Positions 36,501-49,869 of a stretch of 64,000 bases of DNA are shown piece by piece. The number at the start of each line of letters is the position of its first letter. The stretch's first letter is position 1. A program made the position numbers and the translations under genes. This stretch comes from Microbotryum violaceum (Eukaryota), in assembly GCA_001244265.2 (NCBI GenBank), contig CDLV01000008.1, positions 2,108,001 to 2,172,000 of the forward strand, in the 5' to 3' direction. The notes beneath the pieces were generated by a model that saw only the letters and a program-made list of their open reading frames with translations, was not told where the DNA came from and searched no databases.

Positions 36501-37976
36501 GGAGATTGATGGCCCAACTTCCGATGTGCTTCCATCAACGTACAGGTTCCAGTGAGACGATTGGCTCCGACCATTGAAGGCGGTGAGGATGACATGATAG
36601 GCTGAACGGGAGCTGCATCCATGACAAACCCCCGACCAGGAAGCGAGCGCAGAATCGACTTGCCGCGGATGCTGAAAATGAGATTGCTTTGGGGACCAAC
36701 AGCGTACGTCATCGATTCCAACAGACGGTCGATGGAGATAAAATCGCATTGAGCACCGGGCATGTAGTAGACCCTCTTAATGGTGATACGAGCGCCATAT
36801 GAGGTAAGAAACGTCACTGAGCCATGACCGGGAGATTCGATTTGAGATTGATCGGCGACAGAAATTTTGAGAGGCTCAGAGACAACGTCCGATAGGACCG
36901 ACTTTTCTCCAACGCAATGGACCTTAGCACCCGAGTCAATGATCCATGGAAAACGTGGCATCGTTCGCGAATAGGGGAAAGTGTAGGTCATCAATGCAGA
37001 TTCATCTACACCAATGGCAGCTACGTTCGAATTTGAGTCCGAGGAAGCGGGAGCGCTCGCATCCTTGTTCCTGCTTGGACAGAGACGCCAACCACGCTCG
37101 TGTCCCAGTGCTTTGCAGCGCGAACAATACGACTTGGAGTGGTCCTTTTGCGCCGTGGTGGAAATACGGGCGACGAGGCTAGTATCGTCAACGATCCGAG
37201 CGGATAACGATTCCTTTTGTTTGTTTCGGGAATCAGCCATTTCGACGCTCATCAGGAGTTTCGGATAGAACGTGTTCCAATCCATGTGGATGTCGATGTC
37301 GGAGGCAAGGTTCCCAACGATCGAGTCATACTGGGCTGGGAGCGACCGAACGAGCATGCCTGCAAACAGCCAATGCGGAAGCGGAGCTCCGAGGTTCTGA
37401 AAATCGGTCATGGCGATCTTGACCTTGTTGACGAATTCCTTAAAAGGAATATCCCCAGAGTAAGGTTGCGCTAGAGTGTTGAGGAGGTCCATAGTGCGAC
37501 TCGGGCGACCGTGAGAGTGGAGACCACGGAGGCTGTCCCACATCTCGTACGCCGAGGTAAGATGAATCAAGTGAGACATCTGTTCCTCAGAGATCGAATT
37601 GGCGATGTACTTACATGCCAAATCGTTGCGGCGGATGGCCCGTTCGCGATATTCCGCGACCTTGTCCGCAACTTGAACGCTGGTGAGCCTGGGCGAGGCG
37701 TCCGAGTGCGCAGAACCAGAGCCCCCCCCCAAGCCCGCTAAAGCCGGAGGAGGCTGGTTCAACTGGCGCGACGGACGCAGTTGCATGTGCGATAACGAGC
37801 GTGGACCGATAGTCCGCGACAAGGGAGTTGATGGATTGATTGACGACATCCCATACTTTGCCAGCTCGAAGATTGATAAACGCACGTTGTGACCAGCTCT
37901 TGTACCCTTGTGTGTCCTTGAGATACAAGCGATTGCCTGACCCGTTGGGGAAGTCGGATTCGCCCGTTGAGCTCAT
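33564..37976 (-). CDS. Copia gag-pol polyprotein (frameshifts near 37880 and 37730, small deletion near 34222)
   Basis: Knuckle CSRCKALGHERGWRLC, protease WIIDSGA, HHCC + RSDNGREF/PEQNGQVER integrase, RT KARLVAQGF/LYVDD, RNase H YSDASF/ADIMTK. Confidence 0.93.
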
Positions 37977-37980
37977 AACC
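37971..37980 (-). promoter_or_regulatory. Primer-binding site GGTTATGAGC (half-molecule initiator tRNA-Met type)
   Basis: Abuts the 5' LTR; complementary to the iMet anticodon arm GCTCATAACC, as in copia/Ty5-type elements. Confidence 0.85.
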
Positions 37981-38168
37981 TATTGCAACAAGGACTAAGA
38001 GGTACTCCACGACTCAGCTCCGAGATACACGAGTGAGATGATGAGAATAGCGTGGAGAAGGAACCCAGAAGGCAAAAGACGCAAAGACAAAGGTAGGCAC
38101 GCGCGCAGAATAAAGTATTAACCAAGACTAATAGCAATGAGTTAGGCTCTCAGACCCCACTTCTAACA
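37981..38168 (-). repeat. Copia 5' LTR (188 bp, TG...TA)
   Basis: Direct repeat of the 3' LTR, lacking the internal duplication. Confidence 0.93.
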
Positions 38169-39635
38169 CTTGGTTCGATATGTTGGTTGACAGTTGAGCG
38201 CGGCACTGTGAAGCTTGCTTCTACAAAAAAGGGAAAAAGTCTGCCAAGAAAACAGGAAGAAAATGACCATGGGCGCTCTCATCGTGGGGGGAAGCAATGG
38301 GACGAGGGAGAAAAGGACGAAGAGGAGCCGTGGTCATTTTCTTCCCCAGCCCGCGGAGATCAGACTCGCTGACCAACATCCCTCCTCTCCCAACCGTTGG
38401 GTCACCAGTCCGAGTACGACCGGTGGCGCAATGCGCCGAAGTTGGGGCAGGACGTACAAGTCATCAGATCAGGTGCATTGTTAAGCGTCGCATCATAAAG
38501 CTATGCTTGACTCACACGCATAAACTCCGCTTCCGTCCCACGGAAAACTACGCGGCGAATCACCGAGGTGGAGGTCAGCTCCTTTCCTGATGTTCGCAAG
38601 CGCGCCAACCGCCGCCGCCGCCGCCGCTTGGGGTCAATGAAACAGGGTGGGATGTAGACAAGCACGTATCAAATCACCTATCTTCCAGGTATGCTCGGTA
38701 TCGATGCCGTGAAGAGCTCGACCTCGGTAGTATACCACGGGGGCCAGTAGTCGTCGAAAGTGAGGCCGTAGTAACTGGCGTTCAGGGGTCGTAGGGACAG
38801 CGGAGGAGCGGATCGTGCGGCCAAGGAGGGAATGGCTTGAGTGGCATATGAAAGAGCAACATAGGAAAATCATACCGTCAGGTTTGGGCGTGGAAGGGGG
38901 GTTGCTCAAGCACGCTCAATGTGAATTCGAAGACACTGACGGTGGCTGATGGGGCTGAAGAGGGGATTTGGGTCGCTCGTGGGACGACCGCCGTCTGGAA
39001 AAAAGGGGCGAGGCTGGACGGGAGAAAGCGGAGACGACTAGTCAGCACGCAAGCTCGCGAAAGTCGATCGAGTGAGGTAATGTAGGACTGACACACGGGG
39101 GGGCTCGTCCTCGCTTGGAGCGCGCAAATTCAGCTATCGCAAGCGCGAACATCCCCGAGCGCGACAGCTTGGAAAGGAGGTCCCGCGCGGACCACCTAGG
39201 GCCTCGACGAGCGAGCGAAAAGAGCCGTGTCTCGGTGTCCCGGAACGTTTACTTTTCCTCGATCGCGTAAATTACCTCATCGGTGTGCTGTGCTGGTAGG
39301 AGTTTTCAGATTGAGCGGCCGAACGTCATCGCTGCCCGGACTGATCAACTTGAAGCTTTTGGAGCGGGGCCTGGTTGCAAGTTCCCGCCGGCTCCACGGT
39401 GTGGGCATTTACTAGGGCTACGTCAACCATACGACAAAATTTATGGCAGCCGACAAACTTGAGGTGGCATACTATGCCAAAAGCAAGCAACGCTTGAACA
39501 CCTCTTTCTACGCCTCTGATACGTCACTTCCTTCAACACTTGCCAAGCTCTCGAGTTTCTCGATGTTTCAGGAATCGTGTCGACGCACCAATTCTGTACC
39601 ATGGCATCGATTGCAACACAATTCTTCGGCAAAGA

Positions 39636-39725
39636 ACTTGAATTTGTGGAAGCACATGAATCTAATTCACTGAGGGTGATACTTGAATTTGTGGAAGCAC
39701 ATGAATCTAATTTACCGAGGGTGAT
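39636..39725. repeat. 45-bp tandem duplication
   Basis: ACTTGAATTTGTGGAAGCACATGAATCTAATT..GAGGGTGAT twice (starts 39636 and 39681). Confidence 0.85.
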
Positions 39726-39745
39726 CCTCAAGCTGGCACGAGACC

Positions 39746-41516
39746 TTACAATCCATCATTGAGCTCACAAAGAATGATGCTCGCTTCGACGGCACCAATG
39801 TCGAGCGCGTTCCGGCCGATCCTCTGGCGCACCTCGATCATCCCCGCCGAAGTTGCGACACTCGCGTTCCAGTTTTTGACGCAAAAGTCGAGCACATTGT
39901 TTCGAACGGCGGGAAATTCGCTGCACAATGACGAAAAGAGCACGATCGCGGCGTTGCGCCCGCTGAGTTGAGAGACGATTGTCTTCCGAGTGAATGCGCA
40001 CAATTTGGGGATCCGGAAGCGGTGCGCGAGACGATACAAGACTTCGGGAGCGACGGGCCGTGGAGGGCACGGATGCTCGCCGTCACCGCTGGTACAGGGT
40101 CGACGGTTCGTCGCCTCCCCTTGGTCCTCTTCATGCTGGTCCTCTTCATGCTGGTCCCCTTCAGGCTGGTCCTCGACAGCTTCCTCCTCGGCAGCTTCGC
40201 CTTCCAAATCCTCGTCTTCCGAATCTTCGTCCAAATCTACGGCCATTCCCTCTGCAGCCACCGAAGAATTTGACAACATGGCTCGAACGTCATCTTCGAG
40301 CACCGGGCCGAATATGATATCGCATCCCCGAAGCCACTGCAGCATACCATAATAGGCGTCAAAAAGACCGACATCGTCTTCTTCAACCTCGATCGTGTGC
40401 ATCGGCTCGTTGCATCCACGCGACGCTTCACGGTTCCGCGTTACAGTGTCGCCTCGGGTGTCCTCGGCGGTGAGGGGTCGAACCGGAGCGCCGTGTGGAT
40501 CGGGGGCGCGTTTTTCCGCCTCCAGAAAGCCATTCCCCAAGAGACCCTCCCAGTAACCTGAAGCGTTCTTCAGAAAAGTGGACGACTCGTAAAGGATGCG
40601 TCCGGTCTTGGTGAAGAGGAAGCGGAGGTCGTAGGGGTGCCTGCGCAGATGAAATTATGCGGTCGAGGCCGGCGTACGATGTCAGTCGCTGTGGCAGATC
40701 CGCCCAGATGCCGGTGCTCACCTTTGTATTGTACACTAAAGGCCCGAAGCTTTTCCTCCCTTGTTTCCTTGATTCGCGCGCTTTCCGTGGCCAGCCTGAT
40801 CGCATCGCCGATTCGTAGTGTAATCCTAAAGAAGCAGCTGCCAGTGTCGGAGCTGTCGACGCATTCGAAGATCTGACGTACGAGCACGGTCCAGTGGCGG
40901 CTCTGCGTACTATCGATGGAGCGTTCGTTGGATCTGAGAGTTTTTTCGCAGAGTACTTGAGATTTCTCAGGCGATGTCAATGAAAGCGTTACGAGAGCTA
41001 GCTCGAACGTGAAGTAGGAACTGGCGCCAACATTGATGAATTGGCAAGCCGAGCACCGGTCCCGCTTGTGCGTGCTCGTCAGAGGTTCTTCATGGATCAC
41101 AAACAACGCCTCGTCACCCTTCCATTTGACACGCCACCAGGAGGTACGTCCCGTGGGTGCTATCGTATCGGCGAAGTAAAACCAGGGCGAGGCCTCGGGC
41201 GTCGTACGCACCGTCGTCTTGTCGAGCTTCAGCAGGAACGTATGGGACGCCCCAGCGTGCGACTACATTCCGGACATGATTCGAGTTGAGTTCGACAAGT
41301 GAACGTGCAGTGGGATCTTACACTTCCGAATGAAACCAGTCCACGTGATACGGCGAAGGCGATCGGAGGACTGCACGTGGACGTGGCACCTTGAAAAGGC
41401 CAAAGCGGAGAGGAGACGCTACCCGGCTCGATTAGTACATCTGATCCGACCGCTCCCGAGCTTGACTGGCGTGGCGGCAAAATTGACGGGGCGGATCGGC
41501 TTAAGCGCTCAAGCAT
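39746..41516 (-). CDS. BTB/POZ-domain protein, intron-containing (start uncertain)
   Basis: Fungal BTB-like segments GFLEAE, YYGMLQWL..DIIFGP, PEVLYRLAHRFRIPKL, VLDFCVKNW; GT-AG introns near 41321 and 40720. Confidence 0.65.
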
Positions 41517-41971
41517 GACGATCCTCAAAGCAATGAAAAAGACGTCGATTAAAGGACAAATCCTATCATGGGACTGTGATATCCCGACGAAAGTTCTCCT
41601 CACTAAGCAACCTGATCGATTGGCCCCTGGTGGAAATCTGGCGGCATGCCAAGTGCCCGGCGCACACGGGCAAATGCGCTGTGCGGTATGTACTCGCAAA
41701 CGCTCGCCTTGTCATCGATTGCTCAGGCGCATTGCAACTCCATCCTTTCGTGGTGATTCACCTCGTCGTACTGGGGTACGTTGATGCTGCGTGAGGATTT
41801 CGAACGTGCCCGACTGTTGTGACTGACGCCCGCACTCTTCAAGTTCGTCATTGGCAACAAGTTCGGGCTGGGACTCGAATCGGGAGCCTGTCTCTGCGTC
41901 AGGGGCCGGACGCGTGCTTTCTTTGTCCTCCCTCTGAACGTTCTCATCGACCCATAGACACAGCTCCGGCG

Positions 41972-44022
41972 ATGGATGACCTCGACTTCCCAGCCGGGAT
42001 GATGGTGCACCCCGAAGCGTCCGAGGAGGCGCAAATCGTCTTTCTCGAACTCGAAGCAGGTCAAGCTGCGCTCTGTCGACGTTGTTGGGACAAGACGGCT
42101 TTATCGCAGCTGGTGCACTGCTCGAATGCGTGCCACTTTTGTCGAACGTGCGTTCGTCAACATGCACGACTCGGCTACAGCGCTTCGAAGTACTGGCTCG
42201 GCTGCATTTGCGCCGAGGGCAAGTGTCAGGGACGCTTGTCGCAGGGTGATTTGGGCAAGTTCTTACCCAGATACCAAGCACTCGATGAGCAGATGATGTT
42301 GGTACACGTCGCGCAAATGAAAGGCGTCATCGCAGCCGAGATAAAGGGGCTCGAGTGGTGCCCGCTCTGCCCTTTCGCCACCGTCGTCGAGTATGGGCTG
42401 CAAGGATCTCTGGTTTGTTCAATGGGGTGTGGTACCTGGGAGCAAGGTCAGGTAAGTTTTTCTTCTGTCTTCCAAAAGTGGGACACAAAGGACACAGAAC
42501 ACTGATGGCTGATCCCGATCGCGCCACACTTTGCTCAGTCGAGAGCTCCCATTTTCATCGCAGAGGAAATTGTTCCAGAGCCATCGAATCCATCACCCGT
42601 GATCGCCCAACCGCCCGAGTGTGCATTCGTTGTACCAGATATCGAAGAGAGATCCAGCAAGGTGCAAGGGAGTTCGAGCGTCCCCTCCATCTCATCGTCG
42701 GTTACTACCAGCACGTCCACCTTGACGGCATCGGCGTCGACATCGGCCTCTACAACCGCGAGCTCGGAACCGCCCCCACCTTATGTCCCCAAGACCCTCG
42801 AATGTGCTTGCTGCTTCGACGACGATCCTTTGCTCGAGACAACCCAATGCTCGAAGGGCTGCGTCTTTTGCCTCGACTGCGCTCGCAAGTACGCCGAGAC
42901 GCGCATCGAAGAAAGTCAACACACCTTGCCGTGCATGTCGACCACCGCGTGCAAGGGGCTCTTCACCGACAAAGAAGCGATTCTGTTCCTCTCCCGGACG
43001 TCTTTCGCCCGACTTGAACAACTGCGACAGGATTATGAGATTGAGCAAGCGCAGATTCCTGGACTGGAGAAGTGTCCGTTTTGTCCTTATGCGGTCGTCT
43101 TGGATCCCCATCACGGACGAATTTTCCAGTGCTTGATGCCTGACTGCGCCATCAGCTCGTGCCGCCGGTGTATGAGGGTTCGTCTCCAAGCACTGTGTTA
43201 ATGAACTGGGTATATACTGAAGAACGTTTGCTTTGCTAGCAGGAGAATCACAGCCCGATGACGTGTAAAGAAGCAGCTGAAGACAAGCCTGCGCAAGCAA
43301 TCCACAAAGTCGCAGGTCAGCATCGTTGATTCCTTCTTCGGTTGAGTTCCAATGGCCACCGACGAACCTTTGCTGCTTCACGTGACTGCCACAGAGGCTA
43401 TGAGCGACGCCTTGATTCGTCGTTGCCCTAACCCCAAGTGCGGCAAGACCTTCATCAAGGAGGACGGTTGCAATGTAGGTGCCACATTTGTTCGTTTTCA
43501 ACGCTTCCCTCGCTGATGGACCATCCGACGAAAGCACATCTTTTGCATTGCGTGCCGAACCGAGTCATGCTTCGTCTGCGGGGTCCAGGTGGGTTTTTCT
43601 GCCTCGTTATAACCACTCGCTACGGGACGTCCGGCTGATCCCACACTTCACCGCATGCTCATCTCTTGCAGGTCAAGGTACGACCAATGTCCTACTCTTG
43701 AACGTCGAGCGCAACCGACTGAACTTTTGGTCCTTACGGAACGTGCACTGCAGGGCTACGCGCACTGGCAACTTCCATCTGCTTCATGCCCCCTTTTCGA
43801 CGACGGCGACATGGCAGATCGCGTCTCGGGCAATGTACCCTTTTCGAACCTCTCAAAATCCACTTACAAAAATCCCATACTGAAGTTGTCGCCCACCCAC
43901 AGATCGAATCTGCTTGGAGGTCCAGTACCTCCTTGGTCCTGCAAGAAAATCCCGAGGTTGACGAACGCGATCTCGAGAGTTTGAGATTGGTCTCGAAATG
44001 GAACCCTTTGCGACGCCTCTGA
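41972..44022 (+). CDS. RBR (RING-IBR-RING) E3 ubiquitin ligase, RNF216/TRIAD3-like, multi-exon
   Basis: ECACCFDD..QCSKGCVFCLDC..PCMSTTAC RING1; LEKCPFCPYA IBR; EAMSDALIRRCPNPKCGKTFIKEDGCN RING2 start. Confidence 0.82.
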
Positions 44023-44544
44023 GTCGTCTCGTGGTCGATTGTTGACCTTCTCGCATTTCGAAAATGCCGTCGAAAGATAATAACCGTAAGATTTTGTACA
44101 TCACCAGTTGGAGAATTCACTTACATGTACAGTGCAATGTGAACCAAAACCCATCTCAATCTTCCTGCGCTGCTGAGTCCTTCTCGCATTTCTTTTCGCA
44201 GAGTCGTCTCAGAGCGTCGGCTTGCACTCCCCTATAAGAACTAGAGGCCTAAGATACTGTTACATTGCTTTTTGGGGGGTCATTCATGCTAAGTAGGAGC
44301 GCTGTTGTGGGAGCGAAAATACAAAAGAAAGAAAAAGGAAAAATAACACGAAGAAAATTCCAGAAAGAGAAGGGGGGGGGGGGGGGAACAGACAAAAAAA
44401 GGTGAAAACAGGGAAAAGACAAGTTGCAAGATTTGCGACGATGGGGTAGCGGAAAAAAGGAAGAGGTTCTATCTATATGGTTGAATGTGGGGGGGGGGGG
44501 GGGGGGGGGGGTTAGAGGAGAGACAAAACAAAGACACAGAACGC

Positions 44545-47500
44545 TCAACGCCGGCCAAAATGCCAAATGTTCTTGCTCAATGCGCCGAGCAGACCCTTGG
44601 CCGTACCGGCGACCTCGAGCGTGCGTCCGAACAACCCCGACTCGTTCGCCGTGTCGTCGTCGTAGTAGCCAAAGCCATAGTCGTCGTGCGTCGAATCGCG
44701 GCCGCTGTCGAGCGAAGATCGATCGGTAGACTTGGCCGAGGACGACGAGGGACCGAGCCCGTCCTTAGTCCCGCTGGCGGAGGCAGAGGAACCAACCGAG
44801 CCTGTCGATCGGTGCTGCGTCGCATTGTACGACGATGACGAGTTTGCTCCTCCTCCTCCACTACCGCCGCCGGTGCTCCCGCGAGCGGCGCGCAACAAAG
44901 ACCGTCGAGCAAAGGAAGGGACCTGTTCGTCGGACCATTGCGTCCCCGCCAGGTCGGTCGGATCTAGCGCGGGCGAGTTCGACAGGCTCGGCATCAACGA
45001 GCTCGCGTCGTCGGACGACGAGTGGCGCGTTGTATCTTCGACGGTCGCAGCGGTCGACGTCGATGTCGTCGCATAGGAGGGCGAAGGCTGACGGAACCGA
45101 GGCGCACCCGCACCACTCGAGGCGACCATCGTCCGCCCCCCTGCGACGGCTGGTGTCGTTGCCGGTGGTGGTACGAGCGGCGGCGAAACGGGACCAGGTA
45201 CCGGCTTGGCCGTGGTGACGACGGGGCTCGGTCGACCACGAGCACCTGTCGGCGGCTGGGCCACTGCCGAGCTGGTGGCGGGGGCAGCGGAAGTCGTCGA
45301 AGCCGACTTGATGCCATCGAGCACGGGGTCGGGGTTGATCTGCCGACTGAGCGCCGACCGTTCGGGCGAGATCGTCTTTTTGATCGCCCCCGGTGCGACC
45401 CCCGACGACGACGACAACGACGACGAGGACGACGAATTGGACGACGAACTGACGCGACGCGCATCGCCGAACGCGACGTCCTCGACGGTCTCGATCTCTC
45501 CCCCGCTCAGACTCCGCGACCGGACGACGCTCGAAGGTGAGGGCGAAGGCGAAACGGAGATGACCGCGGCTGGCGAAGATCCAGGCTGGGGCGTCGACGT
45601 GGTGGACGAGTCCACTTGACCGGGCGAGGTCTTGCGGATCGTGATCGACGACGAGTTCTTGTCGCCGTCGATGATGGTCTCGGTCTCGCTTTCGCTCGAT
45701 TGCTCCTCGGCGAGGTCGCTGAGCTGGCGCGAGACCCCACTGGCGGCACCGGTGGCCGTCGACGGCGCTCCGAGGGTGGAGACCGCAGTCGAGCCCGAGC
45801 CGAAAGCGTTGAGCGACTCGTACGAGCCGACGCGCCGCGAAGAGACGATCGTGCTCGGTCGCGCCCCAGTCGCGATCGAGGGGCCGGGAGGCGAATACGA
45901 CGACGGCGAGATGCTCGTCGAACTGCTGCGTCGATCGGCCGAGGCGGCGCGCTCGAGCGACGAGCTCGAACCCCGACTCGTGCTCCGCCCTCGCGTCTCG
46001 AACGTCCCCGAGTTGCCTGCCCGCGGACTGCTCCCGTTGTTATCATCGGAGCTGGAGCGACGGCTCGCGGGTCGGACGTGCTGCGGAATCGCCGTCGCGA
46101 TGACCGTACCCAGCGAGTTGGACGAACCGTACGGCGAGGCCGAGGGGGAAGACGACGACGAACCGCTGGGACTTGTCGTTGTTGCGGATCCGGGTGGACT
46201 CTGCCCTGGAGGTGAGGAGACGAGACGCGGCACATGCGAATCCCCTTCGCTGCTGGCGGCGGCCCCGGCCGAGTTCTTGAGGATGCTGCGCTTCGGCGTC
46301 GGCGAGTCCTTCGACGACGCGGCCGGAGCATGGGGGCCGCGAATGTAGTAGCCCGTCGACGACGGCGACGACGACGTCGAGCTCTTCCCCGTCCCGCTGC
46401 AATCCGAGTTGTTGCTCGACCGCCGCGAGTGGCTTGGCGACGAGTCGACCGACGAGCTCGTGCTCGAGCCACCGGCGCTGCCCGAGTTGTGGCACGGCGG
46501 GTAGTGGCCGTTGTTACCCGTGCCGTGGTGGAAAGAGGGCGAACCAGCCTCATAGTTGTTGTGGGTGCCGGCGATGAGGTGCGTCGAGCCATACTGCGCC
46601 ATGTCGTACTCGTCGGCGACGCCGACATCGGGGCCGCTAAAGTAGTCAAACGCCACGAGGCCCATCCCCATGATATGCTCGTCTTCTTCATCGGGGTCCC
46701 ACTCGCTTTGCTGTTGCTGCTGTTGCTGACGCGACGACACAGCGTTGGCGTAGTCGTACAACGGTCCCCCTCGCTTCGAGGAAGAGGAAGAGGCGGCGGC
46801 GGCTGTTCGCGACTGTTGGGCTTGGTACGAAGCGGAAGCGACGGCGGCATCGTTCGTCGTCGTCTGGTAGCTGTAGACCTTGCTCGGGCCGCCGGTCGCG
46901 CTCGCGACGGCGGGATCGTGGGGGTACACGACGGCCGGGCTCGGTGCGGGCCACTGCTCGACGCTCTTGAGCGTCGTCGGCCCTAACCGTGCGATCGTGT
47001 GGGGTTCTTGATCGAACTGCGACGACGAGGGCGGCGGAGCCGTCAGGGCCGCGGGACCGAACGTTCCGATGCGGGGACTGGACCGGAACGTGAGAACGTC
47101 GTCCTCTTCGTCGTCGTCGTCCGCCTCGTCTTGTTCGTCGAAACTCATGCCTGTGTGGCGGCCACCCCCGCTGCGGGGCATCGGGTACCGTTTGGACTCT
47201 TCGGTCGAGTCGACAGCGATGCATTGCTCGACGCGGTGGTTGAACGAGATGTGACGGTGCTCGCTCTTGCGCGTCTTGAACGGAACCGTGGCCGAGCTCG
47301 TCGACGAATCCGACATGCCGCGTTCGGGCGAAGGACCGCGAGGGGAATGCAGCGGCGACGCCTTTTTGCGCCGGTTGAGACTGTTGAGCCGCACGAGGTG
47401 CGAGTCGGAGCGCGCGTGGTGGATCGAGATCGTCGACAGGTCCGTGAGATCCATCCCCAGGTCCTCGAGCGTCGGCGACGTTGCGTTCACCGGCAGGAGA

Positions 47501-48566
47501 ATGTCCGACAGCGAGCGATGTTTGAGGATGGGTTTGGTCTTGATCTCCGGTCGCTGCACCTTCTTCGCCACCGCCCTTCGCGCTTTTCCTGTTGCGGCGG
47601 CCGTTGCGGCCTTCGAGTTGGCCCCGTCGATCCCTTTCGACGTCGTCGCGGCGTTGGCCTTGTCTTCGGTCGCCTTTTCGTCCTTGAGTGAACGCAGCGG
47701 CTCGAGACCTAGCCGTTCGTTCGCGGTCGCGACGCGGGGTGGGGGGACAGCGTCGACAGAGGTGTGCAGCGGGCCGTAGAGCCAGGTGACGTCCGAGTCT
47801 TTTAGCCTGGGCGAGTGAAGGTGAGGAGTCATCGAAATCAGTTTGCTGCAATGCTGAATGGGCATTAAAGCGATGCCGGGCCTCGCGGAGGCGCCATCGC
47901 ATCGACAGCGACCGCGAAGCAAGATTGGACTTACCAGTTGAGGGTCTCGGGGGATATCGTCTTTAATTTTCCACGTTGCTTGGCCCAAGTGCGCCAACTG
48001 GCGTTCTCGAGGCGTACGCCGTTCGCGATCTCGGCCTTGTGCTTGGTCATGGCCTTCCAGCTCGCCCACACGTCGTCCTCGGCCCAATCGTGGGAGAGGT
48101 AGTCGACGCAGATCGAAGGCAAGCGGGTCGTGATGCCGCTATCGTCAGGCATGGGTCCACCAGAAATGTTTTGCGGAATCATCGCGACGTTGTACGGGTA
48201 CATGGGCACGACGAACGAGTGGCCGTGGCCCCGATCGCAGCTGGCGCTGCCGCCTCCGCTCGACGAGAGCGAAGTCGGCGTCAAGGGTTCGGAAGACGAT
48301 GCCACCGACGAAGGCGACGTCGAGAGGGAGGAGGCGGGGAGTACGTTCTGCTCATCGTCGGAAGTGGCCGTCGCCGAAGAAGCGGTGAAGGCGACATGGT
48401 TCTTGGTCGGGTTGCGCACCGCGGCGACGGCTTCGTCCCGGCTGGCTACGGCGGTTGGGTCAGCCGAGTTCATGCTGGCGCTCTTCCTCGGCAAGCTGAT
48501 CGGCGTCGGGCTCGAAGGTCGGGGAGGCGAGGTCGACACCGAGCCGAATTGGACTTGGGGTGACAT
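44545..48566 (-). CDS. REG1: Reg1-like PP1 regulatory / glucose-repression protein (DUF1752); intron 47807-47934
   Basis: VDYLSHDW, RLENASWRTWAKQ, SPETLNW|LKDSDVTWLYGPL, KPILKHRSLSD, RHISFNHRVEQCIAV (RVxF-type motif). Confidence 0.82.
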
Positions 48567-49869
48567 GCCTTCGCAAGCCGTACTAGGCTGTAGGGGTGCG
48601 GAGGACCGTTGCCCCGCGGGACAGGATCACCGGCGGATCCGGGTCCCGCACGGATCGAGCGAGGCAGCAGCAGCGCAAGCGGGAAGCGCGTTCGCGGAAG
48701 GTCGGCCAGGGCAGCTGCACCGACTCCAGAGCGCAGGTAGAGGAATAGATCACTTGTGGTCGAACTTGGGTTCGCAGATAGGGTGGCCAAGGTGGATGAC
48801 AACTACAAGGTTGTGAGAAAGCGGGCGTGGGTTTCGAGGGGGGTTCGGGGTTTCGAGTACGTCAGCTGATCGCACTCTCGAGTCCGCCAGTCAGCGCACC
48901 AGTGGCCGGCCAGGAGTGGCGCCTGGCCCTAGGCGTGGGCACGAGGCATGGGCGTGGGCGGCCGCACTACCACCACCAGCGCATGAGATCATGAGACGCC
49001 CGAACGAGGATTCGCACCTGGCCAAAAGCACTCACACAAAGTCACAAGCAGATGGGAAAGACACACACACACACACGCACGCACACACAGCGAAACGACT
49101 CCTCCGAGGTAAGGCGACTTTCCTCGGGCACCACAGCAGTTGATGAGTAAGGAGGAGAGGTCGCTAAGCGGTTAAGAGGGACGAGACAACGGCAACGGCC
49201 AGCAAGCCCGGGCGCGGGACCTGCGCGTGCAAGCGCGTGCACTGGCACGGGCTGGCACGGGGTCAATTGCCATTGGCATGCATCTCCTCTGTCTTATCCA
49301 ATCGATTAGCACCGGTCCCCCACGCTCTCAATTACGCACTAGTCTGCCCTCTTTTTTCCTCCTCAGCCGGCGCACCGTAGGTAAACCGGCCAATTTTCTC
49401 TTTTCCCTACAAAAAAAAAAAAAAAAACTGGCTCGGCAAGTTTGTACCCATCCTCCGACTATGTAAAACACTTTGGACCAACTGCGCGCCCAGGTTAGCA
49501 CGGATACGCTCGACCCGATACCACCCGGCGCGGGACAACGGAAAACTCCCGTCGGGGCCCATCCCCAATTCATCCGGGGTAATCGCCCTGCGAGCGCTGA
49601 GCGGGCGAGCTCGAGAGAGCCTCGACCTCGGCCAGTTCATGTGAGCCAGTACAAGATGCAGGATTCCCTACTTTGCGTCGTCTTTATCTCTGTCAGCGGA
49701 CAGAGATTCAAAAAATCTCCGTGCTACTTCGATTGTGCAGACCTGTTCAGCTAGTCCGTGCTCACGAGACAAGCAAAGTCGTTTTTCTCTCGAGCTTTGT
49801 GCGCAAAACAAAGCGATTCAATACAAAATTGCACACCACAGAACAGCACAAGCAGACCCAACCCCCAAT

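Larger units (their letters stand above)
33317..38168 (-). mobile_element. Ty1/Copia LTR retrotransposon, full length, probably defective
   Basis: LTRs 33317-33582 and 37981-38168; TSD CTTGG at 33312-33316 and 38169-38173; domain order PR-IN-RT-RH. Confidence 0.96.

Noticed and set aside
39443-39762. Separate BTB-like gene on the + strand
   Set aside because: Only short fragments (AADKLEV..., EFVEAH) with a tandem duplication; at most a decayed remnant.
44577-48816. Many overlapping antisense and alternate-frame ORFs
   Set aside because: Shadow ORFs expected from the high GC content of the REG1-like gene; the same applies inside the LINEs.
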